Counted from the stretch's first letter, positions 12,101 through 27,100 are shown. The stretch is 64,000 nucleotides of DNA from Chthoniobacteraceae bacterium (GCA_040081625.1 JBEBGD010000001.1:1-64000); one strand, 5' to 3'. Made by a program: numbers and translations. The notes: generated by a model not told the origin, from the sequence alone.

Positions 12101-15100
12101 CCACTTATGACGCCGTCGATGGCATGAAGGCATTCACGGGCTACGACGGCACCAACAATCTCGCATTTTTGGCGCCGGTGCAGACCACCACGACGGGATC
12201 GCGCACCAGCGCCTCCGCAATCGTCACCTTGCCTGATACCACGGGCGTCACGCCCTTCATGGCGATCACCGGCGGAGGGATCCCCGCAGGCACCTACGTG
12301 GTGTCCGTGGACAGCCCGACGCAGCTCACCTTGAGCCAGAATGCTACCTCCACTTCTGCCGGGGCTGCGAACTTCATCGTCAACGAGATTCATGTGATGA
12401 ATCTGACCGCCAATGTGAATCTCAGTGCCGAGAGCACGCGCGACGCGCTGAAGATCAACGGCAACGCTCTCACCGTGAGCGGCAGCAATAACAGCACGCT
12501 GACCTTGACCGGCGCCGCGATCCTGAACACCGGAGGCGACAATACCCTCAGCATCCCGCAGGTCAGCTTCACGACAGGCCCCGTCGCGTATATCCAGGTC
12601 GCCGCTGGCACGACGCTGGACGTGGGCAGCACCCTGATTGGCGGAAACAGTTGGGCCAAGGCGCAGGGCGGCACGTTGATGCTCAACACGCCGACCTTCA
12701 TCACGGGCACGACCAACATCCTCAATGGAACGGTCGTTCTGAATGCCCCGGTGAACGCGATGTTCCCGAACCAGCTCCTGAACATCAACGCTGGTGCCAC
12801 GCTCGATCTCAACGGCAACGTCCAATTCAGCGGCTACCTTCTCGATCCCGGTGTGCTTCCCGGCACGGGCGGAAGCATCACCACGACCGGCGGCCCGGCC
12901 TTGCTTGTCGCGAATCAGAGCACCAGCGCGACCTTCGCTTCGGTGATCTCGGGTGCTGTGAGCTATGCGAAACTCGGTGCCAGCACGCTCACGCTCGAGA
13001 GCGTGCAGACCTACACCGGCACGACCACGCTGATGGGCGGCACGCTGGCGCTGCAAGACGAGGCATCGATCTCGGCGACGTCCTCGATCCAAATCCGCAA
13101 TGCGACGCTGTTGCTGAACAACAACGGCAGCCTTCAGACCTCGGTTTCCGACCGCATCAATGACGCAACGCCGATCGCGCTGCGGGACGGCACGCTCAAC
13201 TTCACCGGCAAGGTGCAGGACATGACCACCGAGACGCTCGGCGCGGTGAGCGTCTTCAAGGGCGCGAACACGATCACGGTCAACACCGGCGGCATCGGCT
13301 CGGGAGCCATCGCAACGGCGCAACTCACGATCGCCAGCCTGACCCGCAGCCCGGGAACCACGATCAACTTCACCGGCACGAACCTCGGGGCCGAGGGCAA
13401 CAACTCGAAGCTCATCATCACCACGCCGCTCACCCCGGTGGGCAAAGGCGTCCTCGGTGCGTGGGCGATCGGCAATACGTCGGAATACGCGGCCTACAAT
13501 CAGACGAATGGTGTCGGCTGGGTCGGCTATGGCGGCTTCGTCGGCTACGATGCGGGCTTCGCGCCGGGGAACATCACCAGCCTCGGGATGAGCGCGGCCA
13601 CGGACGTGACGACGACGCTGCCGGCCGGCACAGCGACCACGAGCCTGCTGCGCTTCCACGGTGGCTTCGTGAACAACCTCGAGTTCACCAACCCGACCGA
13701 CGTCCTGAATCTCGAGCTGGGCGGCATCCTGCGGAGCAACAACAACAACCCGGCGACGATCGGCACGCCGGCGGTTCCGGGTGTGATCTCCAGCGGCACG
13801 AGCGAGCTTGTCGTTTACAACAACCAGAACACCATCACTATCAACGCGGTCATCCAGGGTGCGACTGCGCTGGTGAAATCCGGCGCGGCCACGCTCACGC
13901 TGACCAACGCGAACACCTACACGCTCGGCACCACGGTCGCGCAGGGCACACTGCGTCTCGAGGGCGGGCTGTTCACCACGGTCGTCCCGGCGGGAGGCCT
14001 GCAGATCAACAATGCGGTCGTCACGATGGTGACCAACAACGGGCAGATCGATGCGACAAATATCGTGACCCTCACGGGCAGCTCGACGCTTACGCTCGCC
14101 GGCGGCGCCGGTTTGGACAACACGCTCAACAGCCTGGTCTTCGACAACACGGCAGGCACGAGCACTCCGACGGTGAGCATTCCCACGGGCAGCGTGCTGA
14201 CGCTGACCTCCTCGACGCCGGTGACGGTGACGACGAACAACGCGCTCACTTTGCCGACGATCACGGGTGGCACGCTGGCGATCAGCAGCGGCGTGAACAC
14301 GATCAGCGTCGAGGCCCCGAACATCGACGGCAGGGTTTACACGGGCATCCACCGCGCGTTGAACATCGCCTCGGTGATCACCGGAATTGGTTCCAGCATC
14401 ACGAAGTCGGGCGAGGGCCTGGTTCAACTCAGCGGCCAGAGCACCTTCACGGGCGGGATCAATGTCACCGGTGGCGGTCTCGTGCTCGGCACCAGCAGCA
14501 CGGGCACCACCGCCAACTCCCTCGCCTCGGGGCCGCTCGGCCGCGGGGATGTCACCATGGCGACGGGCACCCGGCTCTTCGTCGATGACAACACCCGCAC
14601 GGTGGCCAACGCCTTCAGCTTCGCCTCCGACCCCATCTTCGATAACATCGGCACCAGCACGGACACGCTGACTGTGAACGGTAACCTGACGTTCGCGACG
14701 CTGGGAACCACCGGACTGGTGGTGAACATCGCCACCCCGTATCTGAACGTCGTGCTTGGCGGCAAGATCATCGGTCTCGGGTCGGTGACCGCCATCGGTG
14801 GAGCCACCGGCGCGAACACGATCACGAAGGCCGGCATCGGCAACATCCCCGGGTTGAACATCACCGGGATCAGCCCCACGGCCACGATTAACATCGAAGG
14901 GCTGACCAACCTCAATTCGTTCACGTTGCTGCACGATGGCGACGGCACGAGCAGCGTTGAGGCGATCAATCTCGGCACGGTCACGTTCGAGCCGGTCAAC
15001 GGATTGAACCTCTCGCTGACTATCGGTCGCGCGGGCTCAGGGCTATATTTCCCGCTGTCGGCCTACAAGACCCTCGCCCTCACGGGCCTCACTTCGTCGG

Positions 15101-18100
15101 TGCTGCCCAATGGCATCACGCTGGCCAACAACAACAACTACGGCCTCAACATCCCGGACAACATCACGCTGGCATCCGGCAACAACTGGACGGTCAACAA
15201 CGCTAACACCTCCCTCCAGCCGGTGGGCCTCACTTTGTCCGGCATCATCGGCGGCAGCCAGGCTCTGACCATGAGCGGAAACGGCGTCATGAAGCTTGCG
15301 AATGCAGCCAATAGCTTCATCGGCACCATCAACATCACCAACGGCACGGTGGAAGCGGGGGCGGACGGCGCATTCGGTGATTCTGCCAACGTGATCCAGA
15401 TCGGATCGAACAGCCTCGCCGAAGGTCTGCGCATCTCCGCCACCTTCGGCACCAGCCGCACCATCAACCTCAACGCCGCCAGCAGCGGCATCGACGTGAC
15501 GGGCAGCAACGTGTTCACGCTCAATACCGCTTTTACCACTACGACGGCTACGAATGCGCTCCGCAAGAACGACCTCGGCACCCTGGTGCTCACGCAGGCT
15601 CAGCCAGGATGGGACGGAGTCCTGACGATCGGCCAGGGCGTGCTCCGCATCACGGACGGCGCGGCGCTCGGCACCGCAACGGGCAATCTCGTCATCGCCA
15701 ACGTCGGGGCCTCCCTCGAACTGCCCGGCGGCATCACCGTGGCGGATGCCATCCAGATCGCCTCGACCAACAACTCCTCCAGCAACGGCGTGAATGCCAG
15801 TGGTGCCATTCACAGCACCGGCGGGATCAACACCCTCACCGGCGCGATCACCATCGACACGACCACGACGGACGCGAACTCTCGCTCTGGCACGCTGACG
15901 GCCGACTTGGGCTCCACCCTGAACGTCGAAGGCGGGATCGTGCTGGGAATCGGCACGGCAGGCAGCAACCGCGACAACTGGGTCGGCTTCGGCGGCGCGG
16001 GCACCATCAACCTTACCACCACCGCCATCACGCACACCGGGAATCTGGTTGCGGACGGCCTGGCCACGCTCACGAAGTTCGGCTCGGGCACGCTGAACAT
16101 CCAGTTGGCCAATGCCTATACCGGGGACCGTGTGGTCGTGAAGACCGGCACGCTGTCACTCAATGGCCCCGGCACTTTTGGCGTTCCTGGTGCCGGCGGC
16201 GGGACGGGCGATGTCTATCTGAACCCGACCGGCCTCCTCGTTCTGGATAACTCGGGCACCGCGGTCGATAACCGGCTGACTGGCCGCAATATCAACATCT
16301 CCGGCGCGGACCTGACGATCATCGGCAACTCCAGCGCGCCCACTTCCGAGACGGTCGGAACCTTCACCCTTCGCGAGGGAACGTCCTACTTCACGTTGGA
16401 TGCGGATCCCGATTCACAACTCAACTTCACCACCGGCGCGGTCACCCGCTCGGCGCAGGCGACGTTGGTCGTCCGTGGAGACAACTTGGGAGCCGCCGCT
16501 GCGGCTGGCGTGGCCACGATCAAAGGTGGCGCTTACGTCTTCATCGGCCAGCTCGGTGACAGCGGAACGACCAACAAGTCAATCCTGCCTTGGGCCTACG
16601 GCGATACCAGTCTCACGGGTGAGGGCACCTTCTTCCTTACGGCGGATTCCGCCGCAGCTGCGGCCAACACCGCCGCGAACAGCCTGCGCGCGCTCACTGG
16701 CGCGGAGCAGACCACCGACTTCACCTCGGCTCTCGCCAACGTGAACCTTTCGAGCACCGAGGCGCTCAGCAGCCTGACGACGGTCAACTCGCTGCGCCTT
16801 GGCTCCGGCGGCGGCGTCCTGCTCAACTATGTCCCGCTGACCCTCGACAGCGGTGGCCTGATCGTGCTGGGCGGCAATACTGGCATCACCGGTTTCAGCG
16901 GCGTGAGCTACCTCACCTCGACGAGCAATCGTGAAATCAACATCCATACCGTGGGCGATCTGACGCTGACCGTGCCGATCGCCGGCACGACCGGAACGGT
17001 GACCAAGTCCGGTCCCGGCACCCTCACCCTCACGGCGGGGAATACCAACCACGGCACCGTCATGGTGAATGACGGCATCCTCAAGCTCGGCGGCGGAGAC
17101 CAGACCATCCTGCCGGGCCGGCAGATTTACGTGAACGAAGGCGGTGTCCTCGACCTGAACGGCACGGTTCAGCAGGTCATACTCCTGGAGTCGCGCCAGA
17201 GTGCGGTCCTCGCCCGCAACGACGCCCACTTCGGCGGCGGCACGGTCATCAACTCTGCGGGCACCCAGGCCACGCTGGCCATGACCACGGCGTCTTCCAT
17301 CTTCGCCGGTTCCATCCAGGGGAATATCGCCGTGGTTCGCTCCAACAACGCCAATACGTCGTCTGACTGGAACCTCTATGTGGACCAGCCCTACACGGGC
17401 CCGACCCTCTACAACGGCGGGCGTGTCATCCTTCAGGACACAGCGAGCCTGAGCGGAACGACGGCGATCGAGCTCTCGAATGCCACGTTTCTGATCACCT
17501 CCAACAACAACGCCACCGAAGCATCCAACCTGACCGACCGGATCAACGACGCGGCCACCATCTCCCTGCGCGGCGGCATGTTGCAACTCCGCAGCCGCGC
17601 CGCTCTCTACACGACCGAGACTTTCGGTGCCGTGACGCTCGGGGAAGGCAATAGCATCATCGACTTCGCCGAAGGCGGCTCGAACGTGAACCAGGTGGAT
17701 GCGACCTTTGCCAGCTTCAGCCGGGCGCCCGGCTCCCGCGGGACGGTCCGGTTCGTGAACATTGACGCACAGCCAAGCGGCCTCCAGCGGATCTTCATCA
17801 CCACGCTCAATGGCTCGTCCACGGCGTCCATCGGTGGTGGTCTGACAAACGACCTCATCGGCGGTTGGGCCACCTTTGAACGTGAGTTTGCCAGCTACAT
17901 CCCCGGACAGGGCGTGGGCGGCCTGACCACCCAGGGCTTCGCGGGTTACGCGCCGAACGTCCTCGATGAAGGCCTCGCCACGGACAACATCCGCATCGTC
18001 CTGCCGGTTGCGGGTTCCACGACCACGCTGACGGGGGACCGCACGGTTAACAGCCTGAACATGCAGGCGCCGTCCACGTCCACGGACGACAGCACACTCG

Positions 18101-21100
18101 ACCTCGGCGGTAACACGCTGACTCTGGCCAGCGGCGGCCTCATCCTCTCGCCTGTCTCCACGACGGCTCTGTTCAACAACATCGCCGTCCTCAATGGCAA
18201 CCTGACTGCCGGCACCACGGCATCTCCCGCCGATCTCTACCTGCATGCCCAGGCTTGGTTCAACGGGCAGGTGGACCTCACCGGCAATGCAGACGTGCGG
18301 ATCGGCGCCAACATCGTGGACAACGGCGCGGGCGGTCCCGTCACGCTCGTCATCGACGGCGCCACCGGTCGTGGCGCGGCATTCGTGGCCACCAACGATG
18401 TGTTCCTCAACGGCAGCAACACCTACACCGGCGGCACCTTCGTCAACGCAGGCCAGGTCCAGTTGAACAACCCTTCCGCGGAAGGCGTGAACGTCTTCGC
18501 CATCCCCGGTGACCTGACGATCGCGGGTGGCTACGGCAACAACTCGGGCGCCCTGTTCAATGACAGGACCACGACTGTGCTCCTCAATTTTGACAGCCAG
18601 ATCAACGAGACGGCGACCGTCACGATCATGGGCGGCGGTATCCTCAACCTGAACGGCAACAACCAGACGATCGCCAACCTGGTCTTCAACAACCACGGCG
18701 GCACCGTGCCTCAGGTCACCTCAGGCACAGGCAAATTGACCGTCACCGGCAGCGGCATCACCGCCAGCGGCCAGAATGTCAGCGTCAATGCGACATCCAC
18801 GATCGATGGCGGGCTGGCTTTCACCGCGGCCACGACGACCATCACCGTCCATCCGGTGGAATGGAACGGGACGACGCTCAATCCGATCCTGCCCAACCTG
18901 ATCGTCAACGCCGCCATCGAAGGCGGGGACATCATCAAGGACGGCAACGGTGTGCTGAGACTGAGCGGCGCCAACGCATGGACGGGAAACTTCGACCTCC
19001 AGACCGGCGGTCTTTTGCTGGGCAACAACACCGTCCTGTCCGCGGGCACGCTGACGATTGGAAACAACACCTTCCTTTCCTCGACGGCGGACAACCGCGT
19101 CATCCCCAACAACTTCACCGTCACCGGAGACTTCGCCCTGCGGGACGTCTTCAGTCTGACGCTCAATGGTGCGAGCACGCTGGCCGCCGGCAACCACAAC
19201 ATCAATGTGGAAGCAGCCGCGAAGACCCTGACACTGGGCGGCATCCTCGACGGCGCCGGTTCGATTACCAAGACCGGCAACGGCATCCTCGTCCTGAGCA
19301 ACAACAGCAACTCCTACAGTGGCGCGACCACAGTGAATGATGGCGTGCTGAGCTATGGCGGGGTGGATGCGGTGCCGACGGGCACGGCCTTGAGCGTGAG
19401 CGAAGGCGCCCTGGTGGATATCACCGGCGGCGGCTCCGCGGTGACGGTGGGCTCGCTCGCGAGCAATAGTGCGACGCAGGGTGGCGTGATCATTAACACC
19501 GCGGCCAGCGGCACGGTGAACTTTACGGCGGGCAACAGCACGAACACCGGCTTCGGCGGTGTGATGGCTGCCATCGGCGGGGCGACGTTCAACTTCGTCA
19601 AGACCGGCACGGGCACCCTCACTCTCGGCGGCGCGAACCAATACAACGGTTCGACGACAGTCGTGAATGGCCGCCTCGTGGCGAAGGCCGTGGGCGGCAG
19701 CAGCCCGCTCGGCACCAGCCAGTCGCTGATCATGGGAGGCGGCAGCACCTCGGGCACCCTCCAGCTCGGCGACAGTGCGGCAGCGCTTGATCACACCTTC
19801 ACCTCTCTCGCCTCGGCGGGCACCGGCACGGCGAACCGAATCGTCTCCGGCAACTCAGGGATGTCCACGCTGACGCTTAATCTCCCGGCGATCTCGGTCT
19901 TCAGCGGCAACATCGGCGGCGCGGGTCTCGATGAGGGCAACCTCAACCTCGTCAAGGACGGTCCGCGCTCCCTCGTCATCAACGGCTCCGGGACGAGCAC
20001 CTACGTGGGCACCACCACGGTGGCCGGGGGCAAGCTCTTCATGGCCAGCACAGGAGCCTTCCCGGCGATGACCACGAACCTGACCGTCGCCGACGACGCG
20101 CAGTTCGCGCTGACCGGCACGAGCAATGTGGCGAATCAGGTCTATGGCTTCTCGGGCGCCGGCAACGTCGTGACCGTCGGGACGACCACGGGCGGCACGC
20201 TCGGGTTCGGCATCGATGGCGGTTTCAACACGAAGATCAGTCTCCCCACGACCCAGACGCTGACGGCCAACGGCACGATGACGACCGCTGTTTATGTGAA
20301 CGGCACGCCCAGCGCAGCGAGTTATGTCCTGATCGACGGCGCCGATCTCAACTCGCTGGCCGGGACATTCGATCTCAATCCCTACGTCTTCAACGGTGGG
20401 GCCTTCACCTATGCGCTGGCCATTGGCGGGACTGCCCAACAGTTGATCCTCACGCCGACCGCCGCGACGGCCGCGGCGGACGCCTATTGGAAGGGCGATC
20501 TCACCGGTCTCGGCACGGCGGTGTGGTCGGCGACGCTGAGCGGCACGTCAAATTGGGATACCGGGCTGGCGACGAGCGTTGATACGCAGGTCGCACCGGA
20601 CTCCGGCACGATCGTTCACTTTACCGCGAGCGGTGCGGCGAATTTCGACACCACGCTCGGCTCGAACATGACGATCGAGTCGTTGATCTTCCACACGGCG
20701 AATCCGGCCACCACGATTGCCAGCTCGAACGGCGTCAACACGCTGACCCTGGGCAACGGCGTGGATACTCCGAGCCTGACCATCGAGACCGGGGCAGCGA
20801 ATGTGGCCATCAGCGCGATCGTGGGTCTTCCGCAGAGTCAATCGTGGAACATCGAGGACGCGGGGCGCACGCTCACGCTATCCGGCGGCCTGACTGGCAC
20901 CGGCGTGACGCTGACGGTGAACGACACCGCGACCGTCCCCGGAGACCTCGTCTTCTCGGGCACGGCGGGAACGATCGCGGGAGTGATCAACATCAATGCC
21001 GGCAACCTGATCTTTGAAGGCACGGGCAGCCTCTCGAGCAATGCGAATGTCGCCCTCGGCACGGCGGCGACAGCCGCCACGCTGAAAGTCGGCAACGCGA

Positions 21101-24100
21101 CCGCGGCGACGAACGCGACCATCGGTGGCCTGAGTAACGGCGCCTTCGCCGGCAGCAAGGTGATCGGTGGCAATGCGACGATCTCGACCCTCTCGATCGG
21201 GGCGGCCAGCGGCAGCGCGACCTTCACCGGCGCCCTCGGCGGCGGCGGGGCGAACGAGAACAACTTCAACCTCGAGAAGACGGGTGGCGGCACGCAGATC
21301 CTCGACGGCGCAGCGACCTACACGGGCACGACGGTCGTGCGCGATGGCATCCTGCAGCTCGGGCCGGTGAGCACGTTCACGCCGGTTGGGGCAGTGACGG
21401 TCACGGCCGATGCGAACACGACGGCGACATTCGATCTGAATGGAAAGAACTACACCGCCGTCGGCGACCTCACGCTGGGCGGCGGAGTGAACGGCATCGC
21501 GCAATTCCTGGATACTGCGCTGATACAGGGCACGCTCACTTTGCCCGGAAACATCGTGTTCAACGCAACCAACGATCCGGGCCAGGCTGTCATCGGTGTG
21601 AACATCGACGCCTCCGGCGGGAGCAGCACGATCACCGTGGGCGACTCGGTGAATGCAGCCGCCGATCTCACGTTGAACGGCACCTACACGGTGACCTCAA
21701 ACAACAGCCTCAGCTTCGCCGGTGCGGGCAGCGGCGTCATCAACGGCGACATCAGCATTCTGAATGGCGCCGGCACCACGAAGGACGTGAACTTCAACAG
21801 CACCGGCACGTGGACCGTGAACGCGAAGATCCAGGTCACCGACACCATCTCAGTGAACACCGGGGTGGTGAATGCCACCGCGGCTCTGTCGCTCGATGCG
21901 GTGAATGACATCGTGATCGACGGCACCGGCACACAGGGCAGCGCGATCGTGAATATCAGCGCGGCCTCGCAGGTTCACACCGGTGACGACATCTTCATCC
22001 GCAATGGTGGCCAGATCAACGTCCTCACCACAGGCGGCATCGGGACAGGGACCGATCTTCTCAACGTCGGTGACACGGCATCGACCACTGCGGGCTCCGC
22101 AGCCTTGCTGAACCTCGTCAGCGCGAATATCGCCCCGACGCAGATCCTGGTCGGCAACGGCACGAACATCGGCAACATCACGGGCACGGGCATCATCACC
22201 ACGACCGGCAACAAGGATATCCGGCACGGCTCGATCGGATCCGGGATCACGCTGGCGGGCAACGGCCAGATCTTCAAGCAGACCACCGGCACGCTGGTCT
22301 TCTCGGGCGACCGGGACGTGGCATCGACGGGCAACGTCAACGTCCGAGAGGGCGACCTGGTCCTCGACTACACGACCAACAACAACAGCAAGATCGGTCG
22401 TGTGTTGTTGCTGGGCCTTGGAGCTCTACAAACCAACGCTTCCCTCATCCTGAACGGCAACGCGTCGGCCCCCACGGTGGATAGCGTCACAAGCACGACG
22501 ATCCTGCAGGGCGCCACGACAGTGGCACTAAACAACGACCCGAGCCAGACGCTCACGCTCGACCTCGGAAATGCCTTCACCCGCACGGTGACCGGCGGCG
22601 CGGTTCTGTTCGAGTATTCCACGACCGACGCAAAGGCGACCTCGACCAGTCCAGCCGGCGCGCTCGGCTGGGCCACGGTGAAGATCGGGGCGGGCTTGCG
22701 GCGCATCGCTGCGGTCGATGGGAGCGGGGACATCGTCCAGGCTACGTTGGCGCCCGAGAACGATCCGACTCTCTGGGTCGCCGGACAGAATATCATCAAC
22801 AGCGGCAACTTCACCGGCATCGCCGATGCGTGCAGCACCATCTCCAGCCTCACCTTTGCGGCGGCGACGGCTTCGACGCTCAATATCGCCTCGGGTGCGC
22901 GCTTCGGAATCACCTCCGGCGGCATCCTGGTCGATCCGGGTCTCGGCGCGGTGGACATGAGGATCACCGGCGGCGAGCTCTACGGCAATGTTTCCAACAC
23001 CCCGGGCGAGTTCATGGTTCACCAGAACAACACCCTTGGCTCGCTCATCATCGCGTCGAACATCATCGAGAGCAGCGGCATCACCAAGACGGGTGTGGGG
23101 ACGCTGATCCTTTCGGGCAATAACTCGTTCCTGCCCACCGGCAGCCAGATCACCATCAACGCGGGCAAGGTCCAGGCCACGGGCGGAAATGCGATCGGCG
23201 ACACGACCAACATCCAGCTTCGCGCCGGCACGACGCTGGAACTGACCACCTCCGCTGAAGTGATCGGCAACATCCTGGACGAGAGCAGTGGCACCATTGC
23301 CCTGGGCACCTCGGGTCAGCTCACCATCAATGAAACCGCGAACGCCGATTACCGTGGCGTCTTCACCGGCGGCACTAACAGCGTGCTGACGCTGAACGCG
23401 ATCAACAGCACCGGCACCACCTTCAACTGGAACGTGACCGGCCAGAGCACGACTGGGTTCGTCGGCTCCGTGAACGTGAACAACGGACTGCTCCAGTTGA
23501 GCACCTCCACCGGCCGGCTCGCCAACGCGAAGGCATTCACGATCAACAAGGGCGGCAGCCTGCTGATCGACGACACCACCACCTCGCGCTCCGGCGACCG
23601 CATCCTGAACACCGCGACTATCGCGCTTAATTCCGCCGACGGCGTGAGCAACGGCGTGACCCAGCCGCGTGGCCTCTGGATCCGCACCGACCAGGACGGC
23701 ACCCTCGACGAGACGGTGGGCGTGGTCACCGCCAATTCCGGCGCCAGCTACGTGACGATGGAATCGACGTCCGCAAACGACGATTCGGATATCATCATGA
23801 CGAATCTCGTCCGCGCCAACAACGCCACCCTGAACGTCCGCGGCACGAACCTGGGCAGCACCAACGCCACGAACAACCAGTTCCGCATCGGCAACGCTGG
23901 CAACCAGACCTCGTTCATCTCCCTCGCTCTTGTCGGCGGCGGCGGCGCGGCGGCCAGCCAGAGCGTCAGCATCGTGCCGTGGGCCATCGGTGAAACCTAC
24001 ACCGCCGGCATCTCGGCCACCATCAACATGGGCAACTCGCTGGTCACCTACGTGTCCGGTGCCGGCATCCGTCCGCTCGACCTGACGACGGAATACGACA

Positions 24101-27100
24101 CGCTCGCCCTTGCGGCGGCGAATGAGAATGCCCGCGAGAGCCTCACCGCCGACCCGGCAGCGATCGCTGGCAAGACGATCAATTCACTAGTCATCAACAA
24201 GAACAGCACCGGCGCGGGAACGATCAGTGTCACCGGCACCGGCGCCGGCCAGACGATGATCAACACGAGCGGCACATTCCTCTTCACGCAAAACACGGGA
24301 GCTGCAGCGAGCAGCGTCCATGGGATCGTGCTCAGCGGCTTCGATGGCGGCATTCAGACTGGCGGCAGCGAGTATGTGATGTTCGTGGTGAATCCGTCCT
24401 CGGCGGCCAACACCGCGACGCTCACGGCGGCTGTCGCCTCGCCGCTGAACACGGTGGGTGCAGCCTTGACGAAGTCTGGACGCGGCACGCTCGAAATTGG
24501 CGCGGTCAATACCTATGGTGGCGGCACGACCATCAATGAGGGAGCCATTCTTCTGCATGCAAATGCGAACCTCGGCGGTGGTGCCGTCACCCTCTCGGGC
24601 GGCACGCTGCAGATCGCGGTCGACTACGTTGACGACCTTGGCGGGTTGACCACGCCGACGTTGAACGTCCTCAGCGGCGGCGGCACGATCGATACCGGCG
24701 CCATCACGGTCGTCGCGACGGGCCTTGGAATCACCGGATCGGCCGGCAGCGCACTCACGAAGATCGGCACCGGCATCCTGCAACTTGCGGGCGGCACCGC
24801 GAGCACCTTCACGGGCGACTTCGGTGTCCGCCGCGGAACGCTGGAGTTGAACAAGACCCCCGGCGTCAATGGCATCGGCGGTGGAAACCTGCTGATCGGC
24901 TTCAGCACGACGGCGAGCGAAACCGGCACGGTGAAGCTGCTGGCGGATAACCAGATCGCTGACTCCACCAATGTGAGCGTGCGCTCCAACACGACCGGCG
25001 CGGTCGGCACCCTGGACTTGAATACCCACGCGGACACCATCGGTTCGCTGACGATGGGCACGACGACCGGCTCTGGCGTGCTCGTGAGGACGGGCGCTGG
25101 AGGCGTCCTGACTGTCACCGGCGACATCACGCTCAGCAACGACCGCAACACCAACGATACCGGCACGAATCCGCGCGGCGTGTTGATCACGGGCACCGGC
25201 ACGACCGGCGTCGCGGCACCGAACTCCGGCACGCTGAATCTGGGCGGCGGCATTCGCACCATCACCGTGCAGCCGAACTCCCTGACAGTCGCGACGACCG
25301 TCGGCAAACCCGATGCGCTCATCGAAACGATCGTCACCAACGGCGGCATCATCAAGGAAGGCAGCCGCGTTCTCTTCCTGAGCGGCACGAATACTTACGC
25401 CGGTTCGACGACGATCAACAACGGCGCGATCAGCATCTCGTCCGCCGACGGACTCGGCGATGGCTCGGCGACGAATACGATCGCGATCAACAATGGCGGC
25501 ATCCTTCAGACCACAGGTGCCAGCGTGGATCTCGGCGTGAACCGCACGATCTCCCTCGGCGGCAGCGGTGGCAGTCTCGAAGTCACCGGATCGAACCTCC
25601 TCACTGCGCCGGGCGTCATTTCGGGCGTGGATTGCGCGGTGCTGGCGAAGATCGGCACGGGCACTCTCATGCTGACCGGCGCCAATAACTATGACGGCAC
25701 GACGAGCGTCCTCGAAGGCATCCTGAACATCCAGAACTCCGCGGCGTTGGGCACGACGGTGATGGGCACCAGCGTGGCCTCCGGCGCGACCTTGCAGCTT
25801 GAGGGTGGCATCACCATCGGCGCCGAGGCGCTCACGCTCAGCGGCAATGGCGCCGCCGGGCAGAATGGCGCGCTGGTCAATGTCAGCGGCACGAACGAAT
25901 TCGGCGGTCCCATCATGCTGGGCACCACATCGACCATCGCGTCCGACAGCGGGATGCTGAGCCTGACCGACGCCGGCACGATCACTGGCGCTGGATTTAA
26001 TCTGTTCCTGACAGGCGCCGGCGACGGCGCGATCGGCAGCGGCATCGCGACGACCACCGGCGCGGTGAGCAAGGCCGGGGCCGGCACGTGGACGCTCTCC
26101 GGCACGAATACCTACACCGGATTCACGGCGATCACGGCTGGGACGCTCCAGTTTGCCAACCGCGTGTCGCTCTACAACGCCACGCCCGCGAACTGGGTCG
26201 ATACGAACATCCTCGTCGCGCCCGGCGCGACCGCGGCCTTCAATGTCGGCGGCGCGACTGAGTTCACGTCGGCGGATATCGGCATCATCGCGGCCCTCGG
26301 CAGCCCGTTTGGCGGATTCTCGAGCGGATCGAGTCTCGCGCTCGACACGACAAATGCGAGTGGCGGAAACTTCGACCACAGCGCCGTGATCGCCGATCCG
26401 AACGCCGGGGCAAACACGCTCAACCTCGTCAAGCTCGGCGCGGGCAGGCTCACCTTGCTCGGCGCGAACAGCTACACCGGCACGACGACCGTCAACAGCG
26501 GCGTGTTGCGCGTCGGCGCGGCGGGCGTGATCCCGGATGGCTCGGCGCTGACGATCAATGCGAGCGCGGCGTTTGACCTCGCCGGCTTCAACGAAACCAT
26601 CGGCTCGCTTGCCGGTTCCGGCCTGGTGCAGAACTCGTTGCCCGGCGCGGCCATCCTCACGGCGGGCGGCAATGGCGCGAACACGGTCTTCTCCGGCCAG
26701 ATCACGGACAACACGGCTCTCGTCAAAATCGGCACTGGCGAACTCTCGCTGACCGGCAGCACGAGCACCTTCACCGGTGGCGTGACCGTGAACGGCGGCT
26801 CGCTCTCGATCGGCGCAAGCAGCGACAGCAACCCGCTGACGGCAGGCCCGCTGGGCACCGGGACGCTGACCATCGCTGACGCCGTGACGATCATCGGCGC
26901 TGCCACCAGCGTGGCGAACGCGGTGAACTTGAATGGCAGCGTCACCATCGGCGGAACGACAGCAGCCGACGACCTGACGCTGGGCGGAACGACGACCCTC
27001 GTCGGCGCGGGTGTTCACACCCTCACCGTCACAGCCGCAGGCGTGACGACGACGATCAGCGGCCAGGTCACCGGCCCGGGCGATCTCGCGAAAGCCGGAG

